DNA of 64,000 nt from Mobula hypostoma (Eukaryota), in assembly GCF_963921235.1 (NCBI RefSeq), contig NC_086097.1:87794001-87858000 (forward strand). The letters run 5' to 3'. The notes under the pieces are model-generated. The model was not told the origin of the DNA, ran no database searches, and saw nothing but the letters and a program-made list of their open reading frames with translations. The translations under genes and the position numbers were made by a program. This document shows, in pieces, positions 25,003 through 39,150 of the stretch (the stretch's first letter is position 1; each line of letters starts with the position of its first letter).

Positions 25003-25844
25003 GCTTAAAGAAATGTCACAAAATTCGACTGGTAATAAAAGATATACGTTCTCCCTCTCCATCTTGATGCTGATGTTGTGTTCCTGATGCATCTTATTTT
25101 CCTGCAACCATCCTGACATAAAAAATTGTAATAGTAAAAAGACTTCCCACCAGATTCAATTGCTCTTTAGCACTTAGTACTGAAAAAATCAAATTACAAC
25201 CCTGAAGCCTTGGCAAGGCTTTCACACAAGCTTCTAAATTTATCCCTGTGTCTGTATCTGTGTGGTTCCATTGTTTTCATTTTTTTTCTGATCAAAAGTG
25301 ACTGTTATGACAATAGGGAAAATGTTTTCATCATCAGGCCTATTTTTTTAAACCTACATAATACAACCTGCCAAAACTGAGGCTCCAGAATTAAAGAAAG
25401 TGCTTGGCCTGTCCTCGTATATATTAAAAGAAAATAAATGTTCTGAGCCTGTTCTGCATTTATAGAACTGAAACTGATTCATTTTTTAAAATAAATGATT
25501 GTAAAATTATCAAAAATCATCTGGTTAATTATATCATTCAGGATGGGAAATTTCACTCCTTTCCTGACCTTGGCCTTCAGATGATTCCAGTCCTGCTGTC
25601 CCAGAAACTCTGCATCAGACAAACAGATGGACTAGAGTCGGCGCTGCCTGTCTCTCTGGACAAGTCAAGTTTGTTTTCAAATAAGTGATTATTCCATGTT
25701 AGAAATCATTGCTAAAGATACCATCTGAGAGACCATAGCAATACCATTTGTTTGATGCCTAGTGTGGCCAGTGGATTGATGCTTCATCATTCATTTAGAC
25801 AGTCAATGCAAAATGATGAAATTATAACCTTTCTAATCCAACAG

Positions 25845-26019
25845 CTTAGTTTCCAGCACAAAGTGGGGGTAATGTACTGTAAAGCCGGACAGAGCACAGA
25901 GGAGGAGATGTACAACAATGAAGTGGCTGGTCCTGCATTTGAAGAGTTTCTCCAGTTGCTGGGAGAAAAAGTACGTCTCAAGGGCTTCGGCAAGTACCGA
26001 GCACAGCTGGACACCAAAA
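25845..26019 (+). CDS. SIPA1L1: SIPA1L1 internal exon C (RapGAP domain start)
   Basis: ccaacAG / GTaagg; 175 nt, phase 0-1. [58 protein letters not shown]. Confidence 0.95.
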
Positions 26020-26487
26020 GTAAGGACTTTGGAAGTGTGCCCAAATAGGGGCTCAAAGGGCCCCTCTCTATATTTTCTATCTTCCCTGTTTAAGCTATTT
26101 CAACATCTGAAGTTTATTTGGTTTTCATGACCCTATGGTCATTGGCAACTATCAGTCACAGCATAAGTGGCCTGAGAAAGCAAATGGTAATAAGCTGCTT
26201 GGGAACAGAGAATCAAAATGCACTTTTTTTTACGAATGAGAAGTTGATCAGGTGTGTGACAATTGGTAGGAGCTACTGAATGGACTGGATTCTCCCCATC
26301 AATCATGTCATCAGAAAGCATACACGTGTGTAAGATGGAGGGCAGCCGAAGATATTAATAGGCCCTCAGCTCACAGAAAGGACTCCTGTTCCTCTGATAT
26401 ATCATGTAGTCATTGATGAATTCAGCACGAGTGACCTGAGTATTTGAGGTAATTATAACTTTCAGAAGCAGTGGGAATGGGTTAGGT

Positions 26488-26680
26488 CAGGGGTGGCCAA
26501 TCTTTTACATTCCATGCGTCAATATTTCACTCACGAGTTCAGATGCGCCATACAACTCTTGTACCCCCATTCAATTCTTGTAAAAATATGTTAATTTAGA
26601 ACTCGTTCGTGAAAAAAATCACATCTGAACTTGTGCGTGAAAAAATTGATGCAGGGAATGTAAAAAGTTGGCCACCCCTG
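26488..26680. mobile_element. hAT (Charlie/Buster-type) MITE
   Basis: TIRs CAGGGGTGGCCAAtCTTTTACATTCC / GGAATGTAAAAAGTTGGCCACCCCTG; perfect 8-bp TSD GGTTAGGT. Confidence 0.92.
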
Positions 26681-29374
26681 GGTTAGGTGAAACTTGTTAA
26701 AACTGTTACCAGCTTCCATTGGGAACCTGATGCACTTACTTGCTGTTTTAATGGTGAAAGAAGAAGAGATGGGCACCCAGGAAATTGGTTGTTGATACCT
26801 TTGGAGGGCTGCCTGCGTTTTTTAATGGAGAGGGCATGCATTCTGTGAGGGCTGTTCATCACAGTGCTGTTGGTTTTGGGATACTTGTCATTTAAAAGGA
26901 GGCAAGAAGGGCCAAATACCTGAAATTTATTTATTGAGGTACAATTTACAATGAACAATTAACCTACCAATTGGTGTGACTTGTTCCCAAACAGCAGCTT
27001 TACCCTGAAACCACCACTGAATGTTCTTTATGGAATTTCCATTTATGTTGCCTCTTCATCCAAAGCAATACTCCTCCTTGGCTTAATGAACTAATGCATT
27101 GATGACAAACAATCCTATTAGTCAAATTGGATTTCTGATGGAGAAAACAGGAAAACACAGAGAAAAATGTGTATTGCCAGCTTCAGAATCCTGTCCCAAT
27201 AATTTACAAATGTTATGAATTGCCTATGGCTATAATCATACACTAATATATCATTGCTCAATACACTGTAAGACCTTTCCGCCATCTAGGAGACACGTCA
27301 GAATTATAATGAAGGCAGCTTACCACCACTTTCCCAAGGGCTTTTAGGTTTAAGCAATGAAGCCTAAGAACTAAAATCTAATACCCAAGAATAAATAAAA
27401 GTACAAATGTTGCATAATCACTGTTTAACATTGAGAATTTCTGAATCTGTTATCAAGTAGTTGACATTGAATTGCAGCAGCTTGCTTGATTGATGCAACG
27501 GAAGAGTAAAAATAAAACTGCAGATGCACAAAATGCTGGAACTACTCAGTATGTCAGGCTGCACCTGTGAGAAGAGAAACAGGCACTATTTTGGTCAGAA
27601 ACCCTTTGTCAAAGCAGAATATTTTTGGCATTTTCTTGCTTTTACTACAAGGTAACATTACTGCTTACCCCAGGTGATGTAACTAGTAATTGCAAGTTCT
27701 TCATCCAAGTTCAACCATTTGCCTGAGATTTTTACAAAAATTGACTATTTCATTTCATTTATAAAACTTGGTACTCCATCAGTATTATTTTCTGCTCTGT
27801 ATAGTTCAGGTGTGTATATTAATGTTCTTGATCTGGTGAATCTCTCTGCTTGCATATACCCAACATCTTTCAACATCCAGCTTTGCCCAGTTAATTTTCT
27901 TGTTAATTATTTTGTATTCATTCAGACAGTATCCTATCCCATCCTCTTTTCTGCCCAGTGCTCATCCACTTGTTATCTATCAGATCCACCACTCCACTAA
28001 ATGAAGAACAAGCCAATCGTCCCATTAAGATCTTAAAGGAAATGAAGGCTTTATTTTTTTTTAAGTCCTCTGATTTGTTATTTTTTTCTCCTGGGCTACT
28101 TTTTCAGTTTTGTTGAAATCAATCTTCCTGTCCAGTGCATTTGTTTCTGTATGAAATGTATCTGTCTGCAATTAGCCATTTAAAATTTAGTGTGTTGACC
28201 AGTAATCCCAAAGGGCTCAGTAAGATTTAACATAATAAACTTCTATTTCATTAAGTATAATATAAATATCTTTTGTGGGTATGTAGACATACTGCTTGAG
28301 AAAGGAGCTCCATATTTCCATTCTCCTTTCTCCTCCCCAGCACAGCCAGTGAATGATGGTAAATTAAATGACTCCCTTTCTCTTGATTTTACTTCTGCTC
28401 AAAAGTAATGAGTTGTTTTTAATCACAGTTGTTTCCCAGCCATCAATTTGTCAATTTCGCTTCATTCCTTCTCATGCAGTTATTTTTGCTTTTATATTAG
28501 TTAATGTTCTCTGCATTTTCTTGATTGCTTTTATTTTTTTCCAGATCTTGCTTTTATTTATATTTTAATTTATATTCACATTTAACTGTTTAGCTGTTCT
28601 CCTAAATCTCCCTTTCTGTTGTGACATACTGCATCTTCATGGAATGGTTCTCATGTTTCAGAATGATGAAATGAAAACTCTCTTCCTGACAATGGCCATT
28701 AGCCATATGTTACACTTGTTAATCTTTCTTTCTTTTATTTCTCTTGTGGCTGCAGTAATAATCCAGAGTTCTGTCAATGTCAAGGCTCTGCTGATATATT
28801 TGCTACTCAATGTACTCTTACAGAGTTTAGTTTTTTCCTTTCGTGTCCTGTGAACCCTCATGCACCACCCTAACCAATCTCTTTTCTAATCTTTCTGAGA
28901 TGCTCATCTGACCTGTGATGTAAAAAGGCCAATTGTTTATGACATGCTATTAATGCAATACCAAGTGGTATTCAGTGCATGAATGATGTTCTACCCTGTA
29001 TGACTGAGATCACAGGATGCAGATTTTGTCTGCAGAGTTGCCTGTAGCCAGTAAACATGAATCATTTATAACTAGAAAACTTGAGCCTGACTTTTGAACC
29101 ACAGGGCCATCATTAGTGGCATCTGTTAGTATGAGCAATTAAAGCCACGTGAGAGGGCATTCCCTAACCATGTCTCCACCCCCACCTGCCTCTATTCATT
29201 GTTCATTTAAATAGTGGCTTATCTCTCCCTTATCTATATCTATTCACGTGAATTCTATAACACGTAATTCTACGACCTGATATAAATGTCAGCTTTGGTA
29301 TATTACTTTTCTCCTCCTTTCCTTGACCTGAAGGAACTGCTTGTTTGAGATCAGCCATCTCATTTCTGCCTGTA

Positions 29375-30965
29375 GATTTCAGATTTGGAATCAGGCTTAA
29401 TATCGCTGATATATATATGATGAAATTTGTTGTTGTGCAGTAGCAGTAAATTACAATACATAATAATAAAAATTATATTTCAATATGAAATATATTATTC
29501 ATTAAGTAAGTAGTACAGAGAAAGAGAAAAATATAGTGAGATAGTCTTAATGGGGTAATTGTCTGTTCAGAAATCTGATAGCAAAGGGGAAGAAGCTGTT
29601 CCCAAAACATTGATCTGTGTCTTCAGGCTCCTGAACGTCCTCCTTGATAATAGCAATGAAAAAAATTCATGCCTTGGGTGACTGGGGTCCTTGATGATGG
29701 ATACAGCCTTTTTGAGCCATTGCCTTCTCTGATGGGAAGGCTGGTGCTCTTGGTGGGGCTGGCTGAGTTTGCAACTTTCTGCAACTTTTTCTGATCCTGT
29801 GCATTGGCTCCTCCTCCACACCAAACGGTGATGCGACCAGTTATAATTCTCTGCACGGTACATCTGTAGAAACTGAGAGAGTCTTTGGTGACATATCGTG
29901 TCTCCTCAAACTCAAAATATAGCCACAGTTGTAACATCCAGGAACTTGAAACCGCTCACCCTTTCTACTGCTGATCCCTCGGAAAACTGGTGTGTGGTGT
30001 CTCAACTTCCCCTTACAGAATTCCACAGTCAATTCCTTGGTCTTACTGATGTTGAGCAAACGGTTGTTGTTGCGACATCACTCAACCAGCTGATCTCTCT
30101 CACTCTGTAATCTTCCTCTTCATCATCTGAATTGCTGCCAACAATTGTATCATCAGCAAGTTAATAGATGGGCATAGCAAGAGTAGAGCAGTGGGCTAAA
30201 TACGCATCCTTGAAGTGCAGAGGGATGTACAGAGGCCCAGGTTTTGGAGCTTGTTGATTAACATTGATGGTATTGAATGCTGAGGTGTATTCGATAAACA
30301 GCAGCCTGATGAAGGTGTTGCTAGTGTCCAGGTGGTCCAAAGCCAGTGTGACTACATCCACTCTAGACCTGTTGTGGCAATAGACAAATTGCAGCATGTC
30401 AAGGTTCTCTCTTAAGCATGAGTTGATTCTGACCAGACCATCCTCTCAAAACACTTCATCACAGTAGATGTGAGTGGATCTGAGCAATAGTCATTGAGGC
30501 AGCTCACCCTGTTCTTCTTGGGCACTGATATGAATGTTGCCCTTCTGAAGCAGGTGGGAACTTCCAACTACAGCAGTGAGAGATTGAGGATGTCCTTGAA
30601 CACTCCCAATAGTTGGTTAGCACAGGTTTTCAGTGCTCTACTAGGTACACTATCAGGGCTTGATGTCTTGTGAGGGTTCACACTCTTCTAAGATGTTCTG
30701 ACACCAGCTTCCAAGTCAGAGATCACAGAGTGACCAATTGCTGCAGGGATTTGCACAGTAGTAGTTTTATTCTCCCTTTGAAATTGTGCATAAAAAGGTG
30801 TTGAGCTCAGCTGGGAGTGAAGCATCACAGCCATTCATGATGTTAGGTTTCACCTTGTAAGAAATAATGGCCTGCAAACCCTGCCAGAGCTGACGTGCAT
30901 ACAACTCAGTCTCTAACTTCAATCAGAATTGTTTCTTCACTCTTAAAATAGCCTTCCATGGGTCA
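29375..30965 (-). mobile_element. Decayed Rex1/Babar LINE
   Basis: Minus ORFs ALDHLDTSNTFIRLLFIEYTSAFNTI, LNISKTKEL, FYRCTVQRIITGRITVWCG; tail (tctgaaa)n. Confidence 0.85.
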
Positions 30966-32624
30966 CCTTCCTAATTTGTATTAGGAGTTCTATTAGAGTC
31001 AGTGGTACTTACAATAAGTATCCAAGGGATCGACTCGTATTAGGCAATATATTTAAAAATTCCTTGAGTTATGCTTATTTTTGTAACAGAAAACAAATCA
31101 TGCATAAATTTGAAATTCTATGTAATGATTTTGACCCTTACTGCTTTCAGTAGGATGACAGGGTATTATGTTCAAAGGTGTAGCCCTATTTTGCTGTAAT
31201 GAACAAAGTGATTCCATTTATTGGTTGGCATCCTAGAAAAAAAATATAAAATTGCCATTAATAAGGACAATCCAATTAATTAGAAATGGATTTTCTTTTA
31301 ACATATCATCTCAAACTTGGAAGTCAATAAAACATCTTTGAAAAATAGCTCATCCTGATATAAATATGTCATTATTAATAGTTATAATTGGCCTAACTTA
31401 AAAAAAGACAGCATTTTCTTTCTTATAGCCAAGCTGTAACAGAAATAAGCATCAGGTGAATCAAGACTAAGAAAGTTACTTCAAGTTCAGAAGAAATTAG
31501 TGAATATTTCTAAAGTTACCGAGATGAAAATAAGAAATTGATGAAAATCTGCACACAGGCCATTTAGCTCAACACCCAGAAAGCTTTTCCTGTGCTGATG
31601 AAGAGTGCAATCTTTATGGATGAACAAGCATTACTAATCAAGAATGAAGCTTTCTCTTCCAGAAGTTCTCCTTCGTCACTTCAACAGCAGGATTTTTTAA
31701 AAAAAAGTGTTTTACAACAAGTCTATAAACCATATTTTTAGTTCTGTTTATAATATTGTACGAAGGTTTACTAATTTATTATCGCTTTGGTCAGATTCTT
31801 TATTTGAGCCAAACCACTGTATGACTATTGGTTTCATAGAGGCCTTTTATTGCTGCTGTGAGCAACTTTAACATGAGAAGTCAATGGAAACATTAGGAAT
31901 TATCAGTTTACTCCATATAACCTAGAAATTTCATTCACTAGGAATGAAGTTAGAAGACCATACTTTTGTGAATACAAGTCTTCCCCTCTGCTGTCTGATT
32001 TCTGAATGGACAGTGAACCCATAAACACTATCTCTCTACTTTTTGTACTGCTGCTGCAAAGTCAACAAATTTCATGACATATGCCGGTGGTATTAAAACT
32101 GATTCTGATTTAGGGGTACTGTTTTGGGTACTGTTAGTTGTAGGTGGATTATAATGGAATACTAATTGAGTTCCTTTGAAGTTGCCCTGCAGACAAAATA
32201 AAATCTGAAATTAACCCCTGCATTTTTGTTATTGCTTGTGTTCAATTTAAGTTTCTATTAATCAGAACATTACATAGTGTTGCAATCTACTTTGGGGGCT
32301 AAGTTCTTTCAGGCTTCCCTAAGTCTGTATTTAAATTTAAAATTTAAATTTTATGTAGTTATTTATGATGGTGTGCTTAATCATTTAGGTTTGATAATGA
32401 ACTCTGGGGTTGCAATTTATGTTTGTTATTGATATGGTCCTGCAATCGGATAAATAAGCGCTGGATAGCTTTGAACAGCCTGCCTGCAGAAGATGGCAGT
32501 TCAGTTGTAACAACATTGTAGTAAAACTTTCAATAGATTTTTTCTGTATGCTGATCTGTGATTTCATTGTAGTCACATCTGTTTTTGAGTTTCTCACTAA
32601 TGATGTATTTTGCTGTGTTTTCAG

Positions 32625-32728
32625 CTGACTCAACCGGTACTCATTCCCTCTACACGACCTACAAAGATTATGAGATCATGTTTCACGTCTCCACTCTCCT
32701 TCCTTATACACCAAACAACAAGCAGCAG
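32625..32728 (+). CDS. SIPA1L1: SIPA1L1 internal exon D (RapGAP)
   Basis: gttttcAG / GTaggc; 104 nt, phase 1-0. (T)[34 protein letters not shown]. Confidence 0.95.
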
Positions 32729-33212
32729 GTAGGCCTTGGTACTTCAGCAAGAGAAAGATTTCCTTTACTTACAAAGCCTTTATTTGGGCACAGGTTTAAG
32801 TGATGTGCAGATTAATTAGTACCTTTAATACCTTAACTCAGTTTTGTCCCACCTGTTCAACAGTAAAAATGCTAGGCTGGTCTATAACCTGATTAGAGTG
32901 AAAATCCAAGATTTCAAATACTCTTTGCATTTTCTTTCTCCCTCAGCAGTTAATTGTTGTTAATTGTTTTGGCACTTCACCTCAGGGACAATCTCTCAAG
33001 TTCATTTATATACAAAAACAAATTTTGGATGTCAAAACCCTTGACATGCACATTTGCACATTATAATGCAAGGTAATAATCAAGAACAAAAGTCATTGGT
33101 AAACATTGCTATTACATGGTTCATTAATTATGAATAACCACTTGTTGAGTGAGAAGCAGAATGTGCAGGTATTGAGATCAAACATAGAACCTTTCTATAT
33201 TCTAAATATTGG

Positions 33213-33420
33213 ATCATCACCATCATCATAATGTGCCCTGTCATAAGACCATGATTGTTCTTGACAAATTTTTCTGCTTAAGTGGTTTACCATTGCCTTC
33301 TTCTGTAGAGTGTCTTTACAGGATGGGTAAACTCAGCCATTATTAATACTCTTCAGAGATTGTTTGTCTGGTGTGAGTGCTTGCATAACCAGGACTTGTG
33401 ATATGCATCAAGTGCTACAC
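33213..33420 (-). mobile_element. RTE-like 3' end or RTE-tailed SINE fragment
   Basis: (CAT)n run followed by aagtggtttaccattgccttcttc, a typical reversed RTE 3' motif. Confidence 0.5.
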
Positions 33421-33754
33421 CTCCTTTGGTAGTGACGTGTTTTCAACCCACCACCCAGATATCAAATCAGGTTTTTGATTTATGCGATGGGCCATTGGCT
33501 AAAGCCCTGATTTACCTTTCTATTCAAATGAAGATGGTTAATACTATTCTTTGTATTGGATTGCATTTTCCCCTTTTCAGTAAGCTGAAGAGCAACCTCT
33601 TTAAGAATGGAGCAGAGGCTATGTGATCTTTTAAATAAGACTCATCATCTGCAAAATTCGTATCGGGGATGTGAAACAATTTCATTACTCAATTAGTTTT
33701 TAATTCATCACTTTAACCATTCAAGATAAAGTATTGCATTTGATCTGCACTTTT

Positions 33755-34670
33755 GCTCTTGACTCAGTAACTACCACCTAATGGCTCTAACATCCACCGT
33801 TGCAAAATACTTTGAGAGGCTCGTCTAGCATGCATTAACTCCAGCCTCCCAGACGACTTCAATGAAATGCAAATTCACCTACTGTGGAAACATATTTAGA
33901 GCAGATTCCATCTCCCTGGTCCTATACTTAACCCTAGAGGTGAAGACACCTAAGTTAGAGATTTTTGATTACAGTGCCTCCGTTAATTCTATAAGCTCAA
34001 GTAAAGTCATCTCCAAACTCCTACATCTGGGACTCAACTCCTCTCTTTGCAACTACGTCCTTGATTTCCTGACCAACAGACCAAAATCAGTATGGATAGG
34101 TAGCAATACCTCCAGCATGATCATCCTTAAAAATTGTATCCGACAAGGCTGCATTCTCAGTCCCCTACTCTAGTCCCTATACACTCAATTGGCACTCAAA
34201 TCACGGCATTGACAGCTGCTGCACTAAATCCATCTACAAGTTCGCAGTGTAGTAGGCCATATCTTAAATAGTGATGCGGCAAAGTACAGGAAAGTGATGG
34301 AGATCATCGTTACATGGTGTCAAGACAACAACCTTTCCCTCAATGTCAGCAAAACTCAAGAGCTGCTCATTGACCTCAGAACATTACTGCTACCGTTTAC
34401 ATCAAAGATGCTGAAGTCATGAGGGTTGACAGCTTCAAGTCACTAGGAGTGAACATTACCAACAGCCTGTACTGGTCCAGCTGCATTGATGCCATGGCCA
34501 AGAAACATCACAAGCACCTCTGCTTCCTCAAGAAGCTAATAAAATTTGCCACGACCCTTGGATCCTCACCAGTTTTTGTCAATGCCCCATAAAACCACCT
34601 ATCCAGATGTATCATGGTTTTTGGTATGGCAACTGCCTATGAATGCAAAAAACTGCAGAGAGTTTTCATT
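33755..34670 (+). mobile_element. Decayed Rex1/Babar RT fragment
   Basis: FDYSASVNSI...KLLHLGLNSSLCNYVLDFLTNRP...QGCILSPLL. Confidence 0.8.
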
Positions 34671-36049
34671 TTATACCACCTATAGCATGTCATATGAAAG
34701 ACTAAATTTACCAAGGTAGCTTTTCTCAACCTTGTGTTTGAGGGTAGTGGTGGAAAAGTCATTGATCTGAAATTTTGTCATGGATCCTACCTTCACAGGT
34801 GCGACTGCATCTGATAGTTGTAGTATCTTTTTATGTTTATTCCAGATTTCCAACATCTTCAGTACTTTTTCATTAAATTCAGTGTTGCAACAAGTTCATA
34901 TTTAGCTGAAAAATAGTACATTTAAATAGAATGATTTTACACTTGTAACTTCAAACAAAACTAGCTGGAAAGTTACACATAATTTGATATTAAGACAAAG
35001 ATCCTTTACCAACTACAGTAGTTGTTTGAACAATAGAGTTATTGTTTAATCATTACAACTTATACCTATCACAACAGATCCAAACTTGGAATAACGGAAC
35101 ACACAATGTCAGAGCAGGCTAATCTATGAGTCTGAATTTCCTTATTCATCACTTGGCATATGCTGTTCCACAAATATCCAGCAACTATTCAGGAACATTT
35201 TTTGTTCTGTGAAACACTCATTTAAAATGTCCAGCCAACCATACAATGCATTGCATTTAGCCACATAAGAGGATTGGTCTGCGATGGTTTGAGGGGAGGC
35301 TTTATTTCCTTCAGTGAGTTTCTTTGGCATTTATATTCCTACTTTGTGTGTTTGATTGCCATATTAAAAGTTCTGCAGAAACAATGTACCTTTACTTTGC
35401 ATTTAGAAGAGCATACTCTAGCAATTAACATGTTCCCTAGAGTGAAAATTGCCAATTTGCAGATACTTTCATTTCTCATATCACCTTTCTGTTTGTTTCA
35501 CATTTTCTGTGGTGTTAGAACTGGCTCAGAACATATTATTGTTCTCTCGTTAATGAAATTGCGTTAAGAAAATTTGTTAAATAGAATATATTCTGCCATA
35601 TGTAAAATAGATATCAGCAAATCTGAATGTTCATTTAGAATTTGAAAGTGATCGTGGCTTTAAGAATCTTGCTTCAGTGGGAGTATATTCTCAGGGTAAA
35701 CTTGAAATTTTTCAAACCAATGACTGGTATTAATATTAGGAAGACAACTGAAATTTGAGGAGCTGCCCTTTCTAATCAAAGTAATGAAAGAATTCTGTAC
35801 TTAAAACAGAATTGGAATTGCTTTGCAAATCCTTTTGGATGTTCTATGTCAAATACATTTTTCCTTATTTTATTTTCCGTACAGGCATAACAGTCTTTTG
35901 GGTCAGAAGTCACCAGATTTGCATTTGCATGAGAAAAAAGTGCTTTTTTTGGTTTAATGCATGACCTGCCTGTATTCGGAAGGTTATATTTCCACACTGC
36001 ACTTGATTGGGTGGATGCAGGATGAGTGTTTTACCAGGCTGTCAAATGT

Positions 36050-36290
36050 ACAACCAGCGATCTGTCTTGAAACAAGGGGTCAGAATTTAGGACTGAAATG
36101 AGAAATTTCTTCACTCAGAGGATGGTGAATCGTTGCCATTTGTGGCACAGGTAGCATTGGAGGCTGAGATGTTGGCTGGATTCAAAACAGGGATGATGCT
36201 GAGGTGAAAGCTCAGCCATGATATTAATGGATGGCAGAGCAGGCTTGAAGAATCAAATACTTTATTCCCTTTCCTACTTCTTACGTTCTA
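36050..36290 (+). mobile_element. Old CR1 3' end
   Basis: agaaatttcttcactcagaggatggtgaat...ttcctacttcttacgttct tail. Confidence 0.65.
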
Positions 36291-37111
36291 ACTATTTTTT
36301 ATCTCACTAGAAAGCAATACTCCTCTGTATTGTCTACTCGTTAACTTAAATTTTATGAACTTGAAAGATACAAAGTGTTAGGTTTTGTAACTCCAAAACA
36401 CAAAGCTAATCAAAAGAAAAACACAGAGCCAGAGATAATGTTGCTGATGGCCACCAGACAAAGCTTTGAGTTAATACTTTCATTTTGACCATGCCTAGAT
36501 GACCAGCACGTAGTTCCTCCAAAACTTTAGTTCTCCGCTATAAAGGGATAGTTCATCCAGGGGCTGTTTAAAAACGAGGAACCTGGAGTTTCTGCTGCAC
36601 ATTCCAGTCATTTTGGGTGGCCGTGTAGACCTGAGACTATGTGGAGTCTTTTCTGGTTTCCCTTTGGATCATCCCTATTGTAATCGGAAGACTTTTGATT
36701 TATATTAGGGAGAATATATCAAGAGGAGTGCACTCTTTTGTAAATTTTTCAGTTATTTCCTTTTCCAAGGGTAAACAGGATAATCCATCAACATTTTAAT
36801 GATTAGTTGTCCCTTGAAATTGATTTTGTAATTGTGTCCTCCAAGAATCAGAGCCCATCTCTGCATTTGTGTTGCTGCTGGTAGTAGAACACACTTCAGT
36901 GGACTGTTATTGAACACTAGTGGTTGATGATTAGTGCAGAGGGTAAGCTCTCTCCAACACACGGGCTGAAACGTTGTACACACCAAACCAGGTTCAAGAC
37001 CTCTCCACCAATCTGTGTATAATCTTTCTCTGCAACGGTAAAGGAATGTGTTGCAAAGGCTAAGGGGTGTTCACTTCCATCACTCTTAACATGTGATATG
37101 ACTGCACCTAG

Positions 37112-38252
37112 ACAGCGAGCACTGTGAGGGTCATGTTTTTTGACTTCTCCAGTGCGTTCAACACCATCCGCCCTGCTCTGCTGGGGGAGAAGCTGACAGT
37201 GATGCAAGTGGATGCTTTCCTGGTGTCATGGATTCTTGATTACCTGACTGGCAGACCACAGTACGTGTGCTTGCAACACTGTGTGTCCGACAGAGTGATC
37301 AGCGGCACTGGGGCTCCACAGGGAACTGTCTTGTCTCCCTTTCTCTTCACCATTTACACCTCGGACTTCAACTACTGCACACAGTCTTGTCATCTTCAGA
37401 AGTTTTCGGATGACTCTGCCATAGTTGGATGCATCAGCAAGGGAGATGAGGCTGAGTACAGGGCTACGGTAGGAAACTTTGTCACATGGTGTGAGCAGAA
37501 TTATCTGCAGCTTAATGTGAAAAAGACTAAGGAGCTGGTGGTAGACCTGAGGAGAGCTAAGGTACCGGTGACCGCTGTTTCCATCCAGGGGGTCAGTGTG
37601 GACATGGTGGAGGATTACAAGTACCTGGGGATACGAATTGACAATAAACTGGACTGGTCAAAGAACGCTGAGGCTATCTACAAGAAGAGTCAGAGCCGTC
37701 TCTATTTCCTGAGGAGACTGAGGTCCTTTAACATCTGTCGGACGATGCTGAGGATGTTCTACGAGTCTGTGGTGGCCAGTGCGATCATGTTTGCTGTTGT
37801 GTGCTCGGGCAGCAGGCTGAGGGTAGCAGACACCAACAGAATCAACAAACTCATTCATAAGGCCAGTGATGTTGTGGGGATGGAACTGGACTCTCTGGCG
37901 GTGGTGTCAGAAAAGAGGATACTGTCCAAGTTGCATGCCATCTTGGACAATGTCTCCCATCCACTACATAATGTACTGGTTGGGCACAGGAGTACATTCA
38001 GCCAGAGACTCATTCCACTGAGATGCAATACAGAGCGTCATAGGAAGTCATTCCTGCCTGTGGCCATCAAACTTTACAACTCCTCCTTTGGAGGGTCAGT
38101 CACCCTGAGCCGATAGGCTGGTCCTGGACTTATTTCATAATTTACTGGCATAATTTACATATTACTATTTAACTATTTATGGTTCTATTACTATTTAATT
38201 ACTTATGGTTCAGCTGTAACGGAAACCAATTTCCCCCAGGATCAGTAAAGTA
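37112..38252 (+). mobile_element. Young 5'-truncated Rex1/Babar LINE with an uninterrupted 330-codon RT frame
   Basis: FFDFSSAFNTI, TGAPQGTVLSPFLF, KFSDDSA, KSQSRLYFLRRL; 3' end aatttcccccaggatcagtaaagtat; interrupts the Gypsy RNase H region. Confidence 0.92.
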
Positions 38253-38756
38253 TAGGTCATAATGGTCAGTGTAGATCATAATGTGTCAGTACAGTGTCTG
38301 CCATCCTGATTTCCTTTGTCTTTTGGAAAGCCTCCTCACACTGCTTGGTAGATTACCATTTCTTGCCAGTCAGTGAGTTCAAGGGGTGGAGCACAGTGCC
38401 CAGGTTTGGCAGGAACAAATCTGAAAAAGAAACACAGCTGTGACATGTTCCTTGACCTCAGGGCATCCACCACTGCTTGAATTTTCTCAACACACTTGTG
38501 TAATTCTTGTGCATCAATGGTGTGACCACAGTAAGTGATGCGTGGTTTAAAGAATTAACACTTGTTGCATCACACCCTGAGCCTATAATCTTCTGTTTTT
38601 TTTTAATACTGTCTCGAGATTTTGGAAATGTTCCTCGTCATCCTTACAGGTAGCAATGAGGTCATCCAGGCAGCACTGAGTGCCTGGCAGCCTTGCAGCA
38701 CCTGGTCCCTGGCTTTCTGCCAGAGTGCAGATGCTCCTCCAAAAATAAGCGTATTA

Positions 38757-39150
38757 CAGGTGTCCCCCACTTTACGAAAGTTCGCTTTACGCCACTTCGC
38801 TTCTACGAAAGACCTACATTAGTACTTGCTTTTGCTTTTCTTTCCCTCTATAAATCGGTTTTTGGCTGAATCTTCCCGATTCTGGTAAGTGAAACTACAC
38901 TGTACATACATTATTTCTACTTTATATAGGCTGTCTATTTATCATATCATTCCTACTTTTACTATATGTTAGTGTTATTTTAGGTTTTATGTACTATTTG
39001 GTATGATTTGGTAGGTTATTTTTTGGGTCTGGGAATGCTCAAAATTTTTTCCCATATAAATTAATGGTAATTACTTCTTTGCCTTACGCCATTTCAGCTT
39101 ACAAAAGGTTTCATAGGAACGCTCTATTTTCGGATAGCAGGTAAAACCTG
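38757..39150. mobile_element. Tigger-family MITE inserted in the Gypsy RT
   Basis: TA-CAGGTGTCCCCC ... GGTAAAACCTG-TA; homologous to the ends of 42845-45894. Confidence 0.9.

Noticed and set aside
23528..26056. Minus-strand ORFs overlapping exons B and C
   Set aside because: Antisense shadows of real exons with no independent support. The same applies to most short ORFs in the track.
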